Positions 44,823 through 53,447 of a DNA stretch of 64,000 nt are shown piece after piece. This DNA is from an uncultured Candidatus Saccharibacteria bacterium (GTDB lineage: Bacteria > Patescibacteriota > Minisyncoccia > Phycocordibacterales > UBA12088): contig CAYPKR010000001.1 of the NCBI GenBank assembly GCA_964411375.1, positions 422,831-486,830 of the forward strand, given 5' to 3'. The notes under the pieces are model-generated. The model was not told the DNA's origin and made no database searches. It saw nothing but the letters and a program-made list of their open reading frames with translations. Position 1 is the first letter of the stretch, and each line of letters starts with the position of its first letter. The position numbers and the translations under genes are program-made.

Positions 44823-46352
44823 ATGCAGGCATTTGCAAAATATATTACTCCGTCGAATGTAGTCGGGGCGGCGGCGGTCGTCGCGGTCTTGGCGTCAGCC
44901 GTTGTATTCGTACTGTCGATCAAAAAACCGGCGTCGGCCTACACGGAAGCGTCGTCCGGAAGCTTGGTCGAAGAAGTCGATACGACCGGATCGGTGAAGG
45001 CGGCGGAAGCGATCGATCTTTCGTTTGAGCGTTCGGGGCAGATCGGCAGCGTGAACGCAAAAGTCGGAAGCATGGTCGCGCAAGGTCAAGTGCTCGCGAG
45101 CCTTTCTGCGGGAGACGTCAGTGCTTCGCTCGAGCAGGCGCGCGCGGCGCTTCAGGTCGAGCAGGCTCGGCTTGATGCGGTAAAAGCGGGAACGCGTCCG
45201 GAAGATATCGCGGTGTCGCAAGTTGCGGTGTCAGCCGCGCAGGCATCCGTGTCGCAAGCGATGCAAGACGCATACATCAAAGCAGACGACGCGATCCGCA
45301 ACAAAGTCGACCAATTCTTCGACAGTCCGCGATCCGTTTCGCCTCGCTTGAATATCAATATCGGCGATTCGCAGGCGGCGCTCGACATCGAAAGCGGACG
45401 CCCCGCGATGGAGGTTCTCCTCAAGTCGTGGCAGAGCGATTCGGGCATTTCAGCAAGCGGCGCGGCGTCGGCGCCGAACAGCGCGTCGATCGCATCGGCA
45501 AAAAATAATATCGCGGCAGTCAGCGCCTATCTCGACAAGGTCGCGTATGGGCTCTCGAAGCTCACTTCTTCCGCACAACTCTCGGCATCCACGATTCAAA
45601 CGTATCAGGCGAATATCGCAACTGCTCGAAACGCCGTCTCGGGATCGCTCGCGGCCTTGAATGCGGCGAATAACACCCTCCTTACCGTGCAGTCGCAATT
45701 GGCATTGAAGCAGGCAGGCGCGACGCCGCAGGACATCGAAGCGCAGACGGCGGAAGTCGCGCGCGCCGCAGCGAATGTGCATGCGGCAGAAGCGGAAACG
45801 GCGAAGTCGGTGATTCGCGCGCCGATCGGCGGCGTCATCACTCGGAATGACGCGCACGCGGGAGCGACAGCCGCACCGGGAGTCGCCCTCATTTCGATGA
45901 ACAGCACGGCGCACTTCGCGGTCGAAGCGTATGTGTCCGAAGCAGATTTCGCGAAGATCGCGATCGGGGACGAAGTGTCCGTCTACCTCGATGCATACCA
46001 AAACGCAGCGCCGTTCGCTGCGCACGTAACTGCGATCGATCCGGCGGCAACAGTGGTAAACGGTGTCGCCTCGTACAAAGTAACCGCGCAGTTCGATTCG
46101 GACGATCAGCAGATAAAAGCGGGACTCACGGCAAATCTCCATATCATCGCGGCGAAGAAAGATTCGGCGCTCAAGGTGCCGACGAGCGCCATTATCAGGA
46201 AAGGCAATGCGCTCTTCGTGCTGAAGCAAAACGGGAAGAGCGACGATCTGGTTCCTGTTACGATCGGCCTCGCAAGCTCCGACGGATTTACGGAAATCAT
46301 AAGCGGCATATCGGCGGGAGACTCGGTCAGGAGTTTCGGCGCGGCTGAATAA
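44823..46352 (+). CDS. HlyD-family membrane fusion / periplasmic adaptor protein (EmrA-like).
   Basis: N-terminal TM, a long Ala/Gln-rich coiled coil (LEQARAALQVEQARLDAVKAG...), and a C-terminal beta-barrel (IRAPIGGVITRND). GC-rich codon usage distinct from the flanking genes. Confidence 0.65.
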   Translation: MQAFAKYITPSNVVGAAAVVAVLASAVVFVLSIKKPASAYTEASSGSLVEEVDTTGSVKAAEAIDLSFERSGQIGSVNAKVGSMVAQGQVLASLSAGDVSASLEQARAALQVEQARLDAVKAGTRPEDIAVSQVAVSAAQASVSQAMQDAYIKADDAIRNKVDQFFDSPRSVSPRLNINIGDSQAALDIESGRPAMEVLLKSWQSDSGISASGAASAPNSASIASAKNNIAAVSAYLDKVAYGLSKLTSSAQLSASTIQTYQANIATARNAVSGSLAALNAANNTLLTVQSQLALKQAGATPQDIEAQTAEVARAAANVHAAEAETAKSVIRAPIGGVITRNDAHAGATAAPGVALISMNSTAHFAVEAYVSEADFAKIAIGDEVSVYLDAYQNAAPFAAHVTAIDPAATVVNGVASYKVTAQFDSDDQQIKAGLTANLHIIAAKKDSALKVPTSAIIRKGNALFVLKQNGKSDDLVPVTIGLASSDGFTEIISGISAGDSVRSFGAAE

Positions 46353-46371
46353 TCGAATATCATATATCTAT

Positions 46372-47010
46372 ATGGCCACTCATCATTCAAAATCGCGGAC
46401 GCCGAAACAGGAATGGATGCGCGCAGCAATACTGTCGCTTCTTATCTTGATCGTAGCTGGCGGCTTCATCTATTGGAGAATGTATCAGGGACGGATCTCG
46501 ATCGACACTGCGTCGATCGAAGCGCCTGAAATCGATCTCGCGCCGTCGACTGGCGACATTCTCGAAGAAGTGTACGTGCGGGAAGGCGACACGGTGCCGG
46601 CCAATATGGTTGTCGCGCGGGTCGGCAATGAGCTTTTGAAGAGCAAGGTTGCGGGACTCATCGTCTCGGTGCCGAAAAATGTGGGCGCGGATGTGCGAAG
46701 CGGCGAGACGGTGGTCGCGATGATCGATCCGTCGGCGCTTCGCGTGGTCGGCCGCATCGACGAAGACAAAGGGCTTAAAAATGTCACGGTAGGGGACACG
46801 GTCGTCTTTACGGTCGACGCATTCGGCGGCAAAAAATACTCGGCGGTCGTCGATGAAGTCGCGCCCGCCTCGCGCAATTCGGGCGTCGTCTTCAATATTT
46901 CTGACAAGCGGGAAGTGAAGCAGTTCGATATCAAGGCGCGATTCGATACGAACGCGTATCCCGAACTCAAGAACGGCATGTCGGCGCGCATGTACATCCG
47001 TTCGAATTAA
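46372..47010 (+). CDS. Short HlyD-like adaptor protein (lipoyl/beta-barrel domains only, no coiled coil).
   Basis: TM ILSLLILIVAGGFIYW, then lipoyl-like GDILEEVYVREGDTV and a beta-barrel VVGRIDEDKGLKNVTVGDTVVFTVDAF. Confidence 0.5.
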   Translation: MATHHSKSRTPKQEWMRAAILSLLILIVAGGFIYWRMYQGRISIDTASIEAPEIDLAPSTGDILEEVYVREGDTVPANMVVARVGNELLKSKVAGLIVSVPKNVGADVRSGETVVAMIDPSALRVVGRIDEDKGLKNVTVGDTVVFTVDAFGGKKYSAVVDEVAPASRNSGVVFNISDKREVKQFDIKARFDTNAYPELKNGMSARMYIRSN

Positions 47011-47076
47011 AAAGCGTACATACGTTGTCGCAGGCTTTGTATCTCCATCTTTGTAATCCGAACTACACCAAAAATT

Positions 47077-48555
47077 ATGAACGGATCCGGCAAATGGATA
47101 GTCCTCGCAACCGTCATGGTCGGCACCTTTTTGGGCCGGCTCGATCAGACCGTGGTGAATCTGGGGCTTCCGAAAATCATCAATGACTTCGGCATTACCG
47201 TTTCAGCTGCAGGCTGGATCGCGACCGCATACATTTTAGCGAACGCGGTTTTTGTTCCCGTGTGGGGCAAACTCGGCGACACCATCGGCCGCAAAAAAGT
47301 GTACGTGATCGGGTTCCTCATGTTCATCGTCGGCTCTGTCTTAGCCGGTCTTTCGTGGAATCTTCCGTCAATGATCGTCTTTCGCATCATCCAAGCGATC
47401 GCGGGATCGGCCGATTATCCAACAGCTATGGCGATCCTTGCGGTGACGTTTACAGAACCGCGCGAACGCTCACAGGCGCTCGGCATCTGGTCGGCGTCCT
47501 TTGCCGCGGCTGCGGTCTTTGGGCCATTGGTGGGAGGCCCACTCATCGACAACTTTGGATGGCGGGCGGTGTTTCTCGTCAACTTGCCGGTCGGGGTCAT
47601 CGGGCTTCTCATGGCGCTCGCATTCATCAATGAGTCGGTGTCTGAAAAGAAAACCACCGTATTCGATTGGTGGGGAGCGGCAACGCTCGGCGCTTCGCTC
47701 TCGGCGCTCGTCCTCGTCCTTGATCGCGGCCTTGATTGGGGATGGCTATCGCTTTCCAGCATGCTCTGCTATGCCGCGAGCCTTCTCTTTCTATGGATAT
47801 TCATACAGATCGAAACGCGCCATCCGGAACCGATCGTCGATCTCAAATTTTTCAAAAATTCCGTCTTCGTCAACGCCCTCGTCAACAATTTCATCATGTT
47901 CATGGGGCTCATGGGATCGATCTTCCTCTTGCCGATCTTCGCGCAAACCTTTCTCGGCTACGACGCAACCGAAACAGGCTACCTCTTCATTCCAATGGCG
48001 TTCGGTCTTCTCTTTACGGCGCCCTTCGGCGGCATGCTGACCGGCAAAGTGCAGACCAGGTACGTTATTTTTTGGAGCACCTTCCTCGCCGGATGCGCGA
48101 TGTATCTTTTTTCGTATATCGATCCGCGCTCGAGCGCGCTTGATCTCATGATCCCGCTCGCGCTCATGGCAGGCGCAATGGGATTCGGCATGGCGGGCCG
48201 CACATCGGTCGTGGCCGCGTCGGTCGAGGAGCATGAAATCGGCACCGCCTCGGCGGTTTTGGCGCTCGCGCGCAATATTGCGGGCGCGTTCGGGATTGCG
48301 CTTTTCGGCACGATCTTGAATAATGCAATCGAAAGCAATGTGCTGTCGATCGCTGGGCAGAGCATCATCCGGAGCAGCGATCCTACAATCATCCAGCAGG
48401 GAATCGCGCTCATCGAGCTCAAAGCGCAGGTTTCCGCCTATGGGCAAGTGTACGCGGCGGCGGCGATCCTCATTATTCTCGGATCCTTCACGGCGCTTCT
48501 CATGAAAATCCCGAAAGCCCGCGAGCTCGAAAAGCGCGAAATGATCGTTGAATAG
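47077..48555 (+). CDS. MFS drug:H+ antiporter, DHA2 (EmrB/QacA) family, 14 TM.
   Basis: N-terminus LATVMVGTFLGRLDQTVVNLGLPKI, then GKLGDTIGRKKV (MFS motif A-like). 14 hydrophobic segments over a ~490 aa length. Confidence 0.75.
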   Translation: MNGSGKWIVLATVMVGTFLGRLDQTVVNLGLPKIINDFGITVSAAGWIATAYILANAVFVPVWGKLGDTIGRKKVYVIGFLMFIVGSVLAGLSWNLPSMIVFRIIQAIAGSADYPTAMAILAVTFTEPRERSQALGIWSASFAAAAVFGPLVGGPLIDNFGWRAVFLVNLPVGVIGLLMALAFINESVSEKKTTVFDWWGAATLGASLSALVLVLDRGLDWGWLSLSSMLCYAASLLFLWIFIQIETRHPEPIVDLKFFKNSVFVNALVNNFIMFMGLMGSIFLLPIFAQTFLGYDATETGYLFIPMAFGLLFTAPFGGMLTGKVQTRYVIFWSTFLAGCAMYLFSYIDPRSSALDLMIPLALMAGAMGFGMAGRTSVVAASVEEHEIGTASAVLALARNIAGAFGIALFGTILNNAIESNVLSIAGQSIIRSSDPTIIQQGIALIELKAQVSAYGQVYAAAAILIILGSFTALLMKIPKARELEKREMIVE

Positions 48556-48561
48556 CAATTC

Positions 48562-49026
48562 ATGCAAAATCGTCCTGATCGAAAAAAAATAGATGCGGCG
48601 GATACGAAGAATCTCTATGCGGATTTGACTTCGCTTTTTTTTGAGACGAGGCAGATCATCCGCTCGCAAGTGCCGGAAAAAGGAAAAAAGGATCCGAACG
48701 AATGGATGCGTCTTGAGCTTTTGACTTTCCTCAAGCAGAAAGAAGCGCCGACGATGCAGGAAATCGCGCGGCATCTCCATGTCGAAGCGCCGTCGGCGAC
48801 GTCTTTGGTCGCCACGCTCGACCGCGCGGGACTCATCGAACGCCGGGCGGGCAAAGCGGACAAGCGCGTGACTTGCATTTATTTGACTGGCAAAGGAGAG
48901 GAGAAGCTTCGGAAATATGCGGTTCATTCGAGCGCGCTCATGGAGCGCGTTTTCAAAAAGCTCCGGCGGGAAGAAATCGCAGTACTCAAGCGTATTTTGA
49001 AGCGTGTTATTGAAACCAATCAATAA
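48562..49026 (+). CDS. MarR-family transcriptional regulator.
   Basis: Winged HTH: LTFLKQKEAPTMQEIARHLHVEAPSATSLVATLDRAGLIERRAGKADKRVTCIYLTGKG. Confidence 0.7.
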   Translation: MQNRPDRKKIDAADTKNLYADLTSLFFETRQIIRSQVPEKGKKDPNEWMRLELLTFLKQKEAPTMQEIARHLHVEAPSATSLVATLDRAGLIERRAGKADKRVTCIYLTGKGEEKLRKYAVHSSALMERVFKKLRREEIAVLKRILKRVIETNQ

Positions 49027-49083
49027 TTTAGATGCATTGTTATGGGGATCCTTTCCCATCCGTATGCTACAATCTGATTTCAC

Positions 49084-50007
49084 ATGACGAGCGCATTATC
49101 GATCAAGCATCTGACCAAGACCTACAAAAGCGGTACGCAAGCACTGAAAGGGGTTTCGCTTGAGGTGCCAGAGGGCGATTTTTACGCGCTTCTTGGTCCT
49201 AATGGCGCGGGAAAGACAACGATAATCGGCGTAGTCACTGGGTTGGTTAGTAAAACAGCCGGCAGTGTTTCGGTATTTGGCGCCGACATCGAAAAGCAAC
49301 CTGAACTCGCACGAACCTATATCGGTGTGGTGCCGCAGGAAATGAATTTCAATATTTTTGAAAAAGTTATGAATGTGGTGGTGACACAGGGCGGTTATTA
49401 TGGAATCCCGCGGAGTGTCGCACTTCCTCGTGCAGAAAAAATTCTCGAAGGACTTGGGCTTGGTGATAAAAAATGGGCAGTTTCAAATACGCTTTCTGGC
49501 GGTATGAAGCGGCGCCTTCTTATCGCACGCGCACTTATTCATGAGCCAAAATTTCTCATACTCGATGAACCCACCGCCGGAGTGGACGTCGAACTTCGGC
49601 GCGGCATGTGGGAGTATCTCAAAACATTGACTGCAAAGGGAACAACGATTCTTCTTACCACTCATTATCTCGAAGAAGCAGAACAACTCGCAAAGCGCGT
49701 CGCGATCATTAATGGCGGCCAGATTATTGCCGACGGCACTATGAAAAGCGTGCTTCAAAATTTGCATACCGAAACGCTTGTCATGGAACTTGCCAAGCCG
49801 ATTTCAGACGATGCGCTCAAAAATCTCAAAGAATTCAATCCAAAGAAAACCGACAACGACACGATCGAAATTGAAATCGAACGCGAACAAAATGTCTCTG
49901 AAGCGGTGCGAGCACTCGATCGTTTCGGCATTCCGGTTAAAACGATTCATGGCAAATCAGGTCGACTGGAAGAAGTCTTTGTACGGCTAACTGGCGGACA
50001 GAAGTAA
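49084..50007 (+). CDS. ABC transporter ATP-binding protein (ABC-2/daunorubicin-type exporter).
   Basis: Walker A GPNGAGKTT, signature LSGGMKRRLLIARAL, Walker B ILDEPTAGVD. Confidence 0.8.
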   Translation: MTSALSIKHLTKTYKSGTQALKGVSLEVPEGDFYALLGPNGAGKTTIIGVVTGLVSKTAGSVSVFGADIEKQPELARTYIGVVPQEMNFNIFEKVMNVVVTQGGYYGIPRSVALPRAEKILEGLGLGDKKWAVSNTLSGGMKRRLLIARALIHEPKFLILDEPTAGVDVELRRGMWEYLKTLTAKGTTILLTTHYLEEAEQLAKRVAIINGGQIIADGTMKSVLQNLHTETLVMELAKPISDDALKNLKEFNPKKTDNDTIEIEIEREQNVSEAVRALDRFGIPVKTIHGKSGRLEEVFVRLTGGQK

Positions 50008-50009
50008 TT

Positions 50010-50786
50010 ATGAATGCAAAAGGAATGTGGATTTCGTTTTATACCATTGTCCGAAAAGACTTCGTGCGCATTATGCGCATCTGGCCGCAAACCTTCCTGC
50101 CGTCGGCGATCACTTCAGCATTATACTTTTTGATATTTGGCGCGTTTCTCGGAGGGAAAATTGGCGTTGTAAACGGCGTGCCCTATATCAATTTCGTCAT
50201 TCCTGGACTCGTGATGCTCGCTGTTGTTACCAACGCGTACTCGAACGTTGCGACAATTGTCTTCCAGGCAAAATTTTTCTCTCGGAACATTGATGAGATA
50301 TTGGTCTCCCCAACTCCGCCATGGGTTTTGATTGCCGGATTTGTTACAACCGGCGTTGTGCGAGGAGTAGGAGTGGGAATCGTGGTTTTGATCGTCTCGC
50401 TTCTGTTTGCAAAAATTTCACTCGCGCATATTGGGATCGTCATCCTCTTCCTCTTCCTCACGAGCATCGTCTTTTCGCTTGCAGGACTCGTGAACGGCAT
50501 TTATGCGAAAGGATTTGATGCAATCACGATTGTGCCGACTTTTGTCCTGACTCCTTTGGTGTATTTGGGGGGCGTATTTTATTCAAGCGCCGTTCTTCCT
50601 GATTTCTGGAAGATATTTACGCATCTCAATCCAATCTTTTACATCATCAATGGTTTTCGATACGGATTTATCGGCTTCTCAGACGTTTCGCTCGCAATGA
50701 GCATATATGTGCTCCTTGGCCTTGCTGCAGTTTTAGTCGCAATAAATTGGTACCTCATTCGCACCGGTCTCGGCTTGAAGCAGTAG
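50010..50786 (+). CDS. ABC-2 family transporter permease.
   Basis: Six TM helices over ~250 aa, translationally adjacent to the ATPase gene. Confidence 0.7.
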   Translation: MNAKGMWISFYTIVRKDFVRIMRIWPQTFLPSAITSALYFLIFGAFLGGKIGVVNGVPYINFVIPGLVMLAVVTNAYSNVATIVFQAKFFSRNIDEILVSPTPPWVLIAGFVTTGVVRGVGVGIVVLIVSLLFAKISLAHIGIVILFLFLTSIVFSLAGLVNGIYAKGFDAITIVPTFVLTPLVYLGGVFYSSAVLPDFWKIFTHLNPIFYIINGFRYGFIGFSDVSLAMSIYVLLGLAAVLVAINWYLIRTGLGLKQ

Positions 50787-50804
50787 CAAATAGACTACAT
50801 TGCT

Positions 50805-50845
50805 AAAAAAACAAACCCCTACATCGCAGGGGTTTGTTTTTTATT
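50805..50845. terminator. Bidirectional rho-independent terminator between convergent genes.
   Basis: AAAAAAACAAACCCCT-ACATCGC-AGGGGTTTGTTTTTTATT: a 9-bp GC-rich stem with A-tract and T-tract on either side. Confidence 0.65.
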
Positions 50846-50851
50846 AGATTT

Positions 50852-51532
50852 TTATTGAGTAGTAGTGGTATTTGTTTGTGTTGGCGCTGGCGGCACTCCA
50901 TCGTCAATCATTGTCGCTGTCATTGAAGCGGTGGTGATTTTTCCGCCAACATGTATGGTGTCGCCTACTTTGACGTTTGAGAGAGAAGAGGTTGTTCCAC
51001 TTTCTTTCACCGTCGCGCTCGAAGCATCAATGGTGAATGTACCGCCGTCTCGGTCAGTCAGGGTAATAGTGGTTCCATTAATTGCGGAAACAGTTCCCAT
51101 TACTCCACCACCCATACCTCGTGGGCCTCCATGCATTCCCATCGGGAATTTTCCGTCCATGACTTCTGTTGCAGTTACGCTGGTGCCATTTACGGTACCG
51201 CGTACCATTACCGTATCGCCGGTCACAATATCAGAAGCGGTTATGTTTGTTGGTTCAGAGGCATCGCTACCTTTTTTGATTGATGCATTGGTAACATCAA
51301 CGGTGTAGGTAGTGCCGTCTTTTCCGGTCACCGTAAGCGAGTTGCCGCTTACGCTCGAGACGGTACCAACTACGCCGGGACCCATGCGTTCTCCGTGCTC
51401 GTGCATCGTTTGCGTCGTGGTCGATGCAGTTTCGGCGCTTGCCAAGCCAGTGATTCCTGCGGCTGCGCCGCCAAGTAGCGCCATGACGGCTGCCGGGATT
51501 ATTAGGAATTTGCCAGTAAATCTGTTTTTCAT
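50852..51532 (-). CDS. Secreted protein with two DUF5666-like repeats and a Thr-rich tail.
   Basis: Signal peptide; two ~70 aa repeats (GTVSSVSGNSLTVTGKDGTTYTVDVTNASIKKG and GTVSAINGTTITLTDRDGGTFTIDASSATVKESG) separated by a Gly/Met-rich linker. Confidence 0.45.
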   Translation of the reverse strand: MKNRFTGKFLIIPAAVMALLGGAAAGITGLASAETASTTTQTMHEHGERMGPGVVGTVSSVSGNSLTVTGKDGTTYTVDVTNASIKKGSDASEPTNITASDIVTGDTVMVRGTVNGTSVTATEVMDGKFPMGMHGGPRGMGGGVMGTVSAINGTTITLTDRDGGTFTIDASSATVKESGTTSSLSNVKVGDTIHVGGKITTASMTATMIDDGVPPAPTQTNTTTTQ

Positions 51533-51792
51533 AGTGATTTGATTAGTAGTAATTGGGTGGACGCCTACTGAGTGGCCATCTCCATCTTCGTCCCCAGAAA
51601 CTAGTACCGACCCTTACCAACCTTATTTCATAGGAAATAAAATTCTGGCTCATGTGTATGCAAACTAGCTAAAATATCCTCTCTGTGGCCTATTTTGGCT
51701 TTTCCCCAGGCTCCCCTTAGGGGGAGGCGCAATTCCCCTAGGGGTGGTAGTATAGGGGGGAGGAATTTACTAGGTAACGTATACAGACAAGT

Positions 51793-52050
51793 ATGGCAAA
51801 AAAGGCCAACGCCGCATTTATGAAGCCGATGAATGTAAGCGATGAACTCGCTGAAATCGTCGGAAAAGGACCAATGCCGCGTTCTGAAGTAGTGAAGAAG
51901 CTTTGGGTCTACATTAAGAAGAACGATCTTCAGGATCCAAAGAATAAGCGCAACATCAATGCTGATTCAGCGCTTAAGGCAGTATTCGGCGGAAAGGCAA
52001 CGGTAAACATGTTCGAAATGACGAAACTCGTTTCGAAGCACCTTTCATAG
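51793..52050 (+). CDS. SWIB/MDM2-domain protein.
   Basis: SDELAEIVGKGPMPRSEVVKKLWVYIKKNDLQDPKNKRNINADSALKAVFG, the canonical SWIB domain pattern. Confidence 0.7.
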   Translation: MAKKANAAFMKPMNVSDELAEIVGKGPMPRSEVVKKLWVYIKKNDLQDPKNKRNINADSALKAVFGGKATVNMFEMTKLVSKHLS

Positions 52051-52072
52051 ATTTTTAGAGATATATTCCAAA

Positions 52073-52108
52073 CAGTCGCCGAGCTTCGCTCGGCGACTGT
52101 TTGCGTTT
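52073..52108 (+). terminator. Rho-independent terminator with a UUCG loop.
   Basis: ACAGTCGCCGAGC-TTCG-GCTCGGCGACTGT followed by TTGCGTTT. Confidence 0.55.
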
Positions 52109-52115
52109 ATGATAT

Positions 52116-52823
52116 TTGTATATGCGCACTCTAGTACTCGATATTGAAACCATCGGGGAAGACTGGGAAAAGCTCGACGAGACTTCAAAAGAGTCACTAA
52201 CTCGTTGGATTAAACGAACGGCGAAAACGGATGAAGAATATCAGGCCGAACTTCTCGATGTGAGAGAAGGACTCGGCTTCTCACCACTCACCGGAGAAAT
52301 CGTTGCGCTCGGACTCTATGATCTTGAACGTGCAAAGGGCGCGGTGTATTTTCAGTCTCCGAAGACAAAAGCAAAAGAGTTTGAAGAGGACGGCGTAAAA
52401 TATTGTCCTGCAAGCGAGAAAGAAATGCTTGAGAAATTCTGGCAGGGCGCAAGGGAATACGATACCTTCGTGACCTTTAACGGAAGAAGTTTTGATATCC
52501 CGTTTATGTTGATCCGCGGCATGGTTCATGAAATCAAGCCGAGCAAGGACCTTATGAGTAATCGGTACCTTACTCTTCAGCGCGGCGCAGTACATGTCGA
52601 TCTTCTAGACCAGCTTTCTTTTTATGGCGCGGTGCGTCGAGCAGGCTCACTTCATTTGTATTGTCGCGCATTCGGAATCGAAAGCCCAAAAATTGACGGT
52701 GTCTCGGGCGATGATGTCGCCGCATTATTTAAAAACGAGGAATACGAAACGATTGCCAGGTACAATGTTCGCGATATTGTCGCTACTGCAGAACTGTATA
52801 AAAAATGGCAAATGCTTCGCTAA
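52116..52823 (+). CDS. RNase H-like 3'-5' exonuclease (PolB-exonuclease-like, YprB/RNase_H_2 family).
   Basis: LVLDIETIG (Exo I DxE) ...FNGRSFDIPF (Exo II) ...YNVRDIVATAELY (Exo III YxxxD). Confidence 0.5.
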   Translation: MYMRTLVLDIETIGEDWEKLDETSKESLTRWIKRTAKTDEEYQAELLDVREGLGFSPLTGEIVALGLYDLERAKGAVYFQSPKTKAKEFEEDGVKYCPASEKEMLEKFWQGAREYDTFVTFNGRSFDIPFMLIRGMVHEIKPSKDLMSNRYLTLQRGAVHVDLLDQLSFYGAVRRAGSLHLYCRAFGIESPKIDGVSGDDVAALFKNEEYETIARYNVRDIVATAELYKKWQMLR

Positions 52824-52863
52824 TACGTCTTTTATTCGAGCAGGCGGGGTATAATCATTATAT

Positions 52864-53430
52864 ATGGAAGCAGGGAATCAAAATCAGACAGAGATTGCAG
52901 TATTCGGCGGCGGATGCTTTTGGTGCACTGAAGCCGTATTTAAATTGCTTCGCGGTGTTGTATCAATCGCCCCTGGATATGCGGGCGGTAAAACCGAAAA
53001 CCCAACATATGAGAGCGTCTCCTATGGCAATACGGGACATGCAGAAGTTATTAAAGTCGAATTCGATCCGGCAAAAATTACGTATAAAGATTTGCTTACC
53101 GTATTTTTTGCGTCTCATGATCCGACGACTCTGAATCGCCAAGGACCCGACACCGGTACGCAATATCGTTCAATTATCCTCTATACAAGCGATCAGCAAA
53201 AAAAAGACGCCGAAGAATATATTGCTGAACTCACCAAAGCAGATCCCGGTGGCGCACCGATCGTGACTGAAGTTGTTCCACTTACGAAATTTTATGATGC
53301 GGAAGCATATCATTTTGATTATGCCGCAAACAATCCTGATCAGCCGTATATCCAAATTGTTTCAACCCCAAAGGTCGTGAAAGTGCAGAAATTGTTTGAT
53401 GCGCTTCTTAAAACGCATGCAGAAGGCTAA
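52864..53430 (+). CDS. msrA: Peptide methionine sulfoxide reductase A.
   Basis: AVFGGGCFWCTEAVF active-site motif (GCFWC), HAEVIKVEFDP, YHQDY-type C-terminal region. Confidence 0.85.
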   Translation: MEAGNQNQTEIAVFGGGCFWCTEAVFKLLRGVVSIAPGYAGGKTENPTYESVSYGNTGHAEVIKVEFDPAKITYKDLLTVFFASHDPTTLNRQGPDTGTQYRSIILYTSDQQKKDAEEYIAELTKADPGGAPIVTEVVPLTKFYDAEAYHFDYAANNPDQPYIQIVSTPKVVKVQKLFDALLKTHAEG

Positions 53431-53447
53431 TCTATAAATCGACGAAA

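Noticed and set aside
45450-46229. 259 aa Arg-rich ORF on the - strand.
   Set aside because: It is antisense to the HlyD-like gene inside the ~60% GC island. Stop-codon paucity in GC-rich DNA creates long spurious frames. It has no motifs, and its Arg/Cys-rich composition is typical of antisense GC-rich artefacts.
47791-49083. 430 aa ORF on the - strand.
   Set aside because: It is antisense to the MFS and MarR genes in the GC-rich island, with the same artefact explanation. The + strand genes have clear family signatures.
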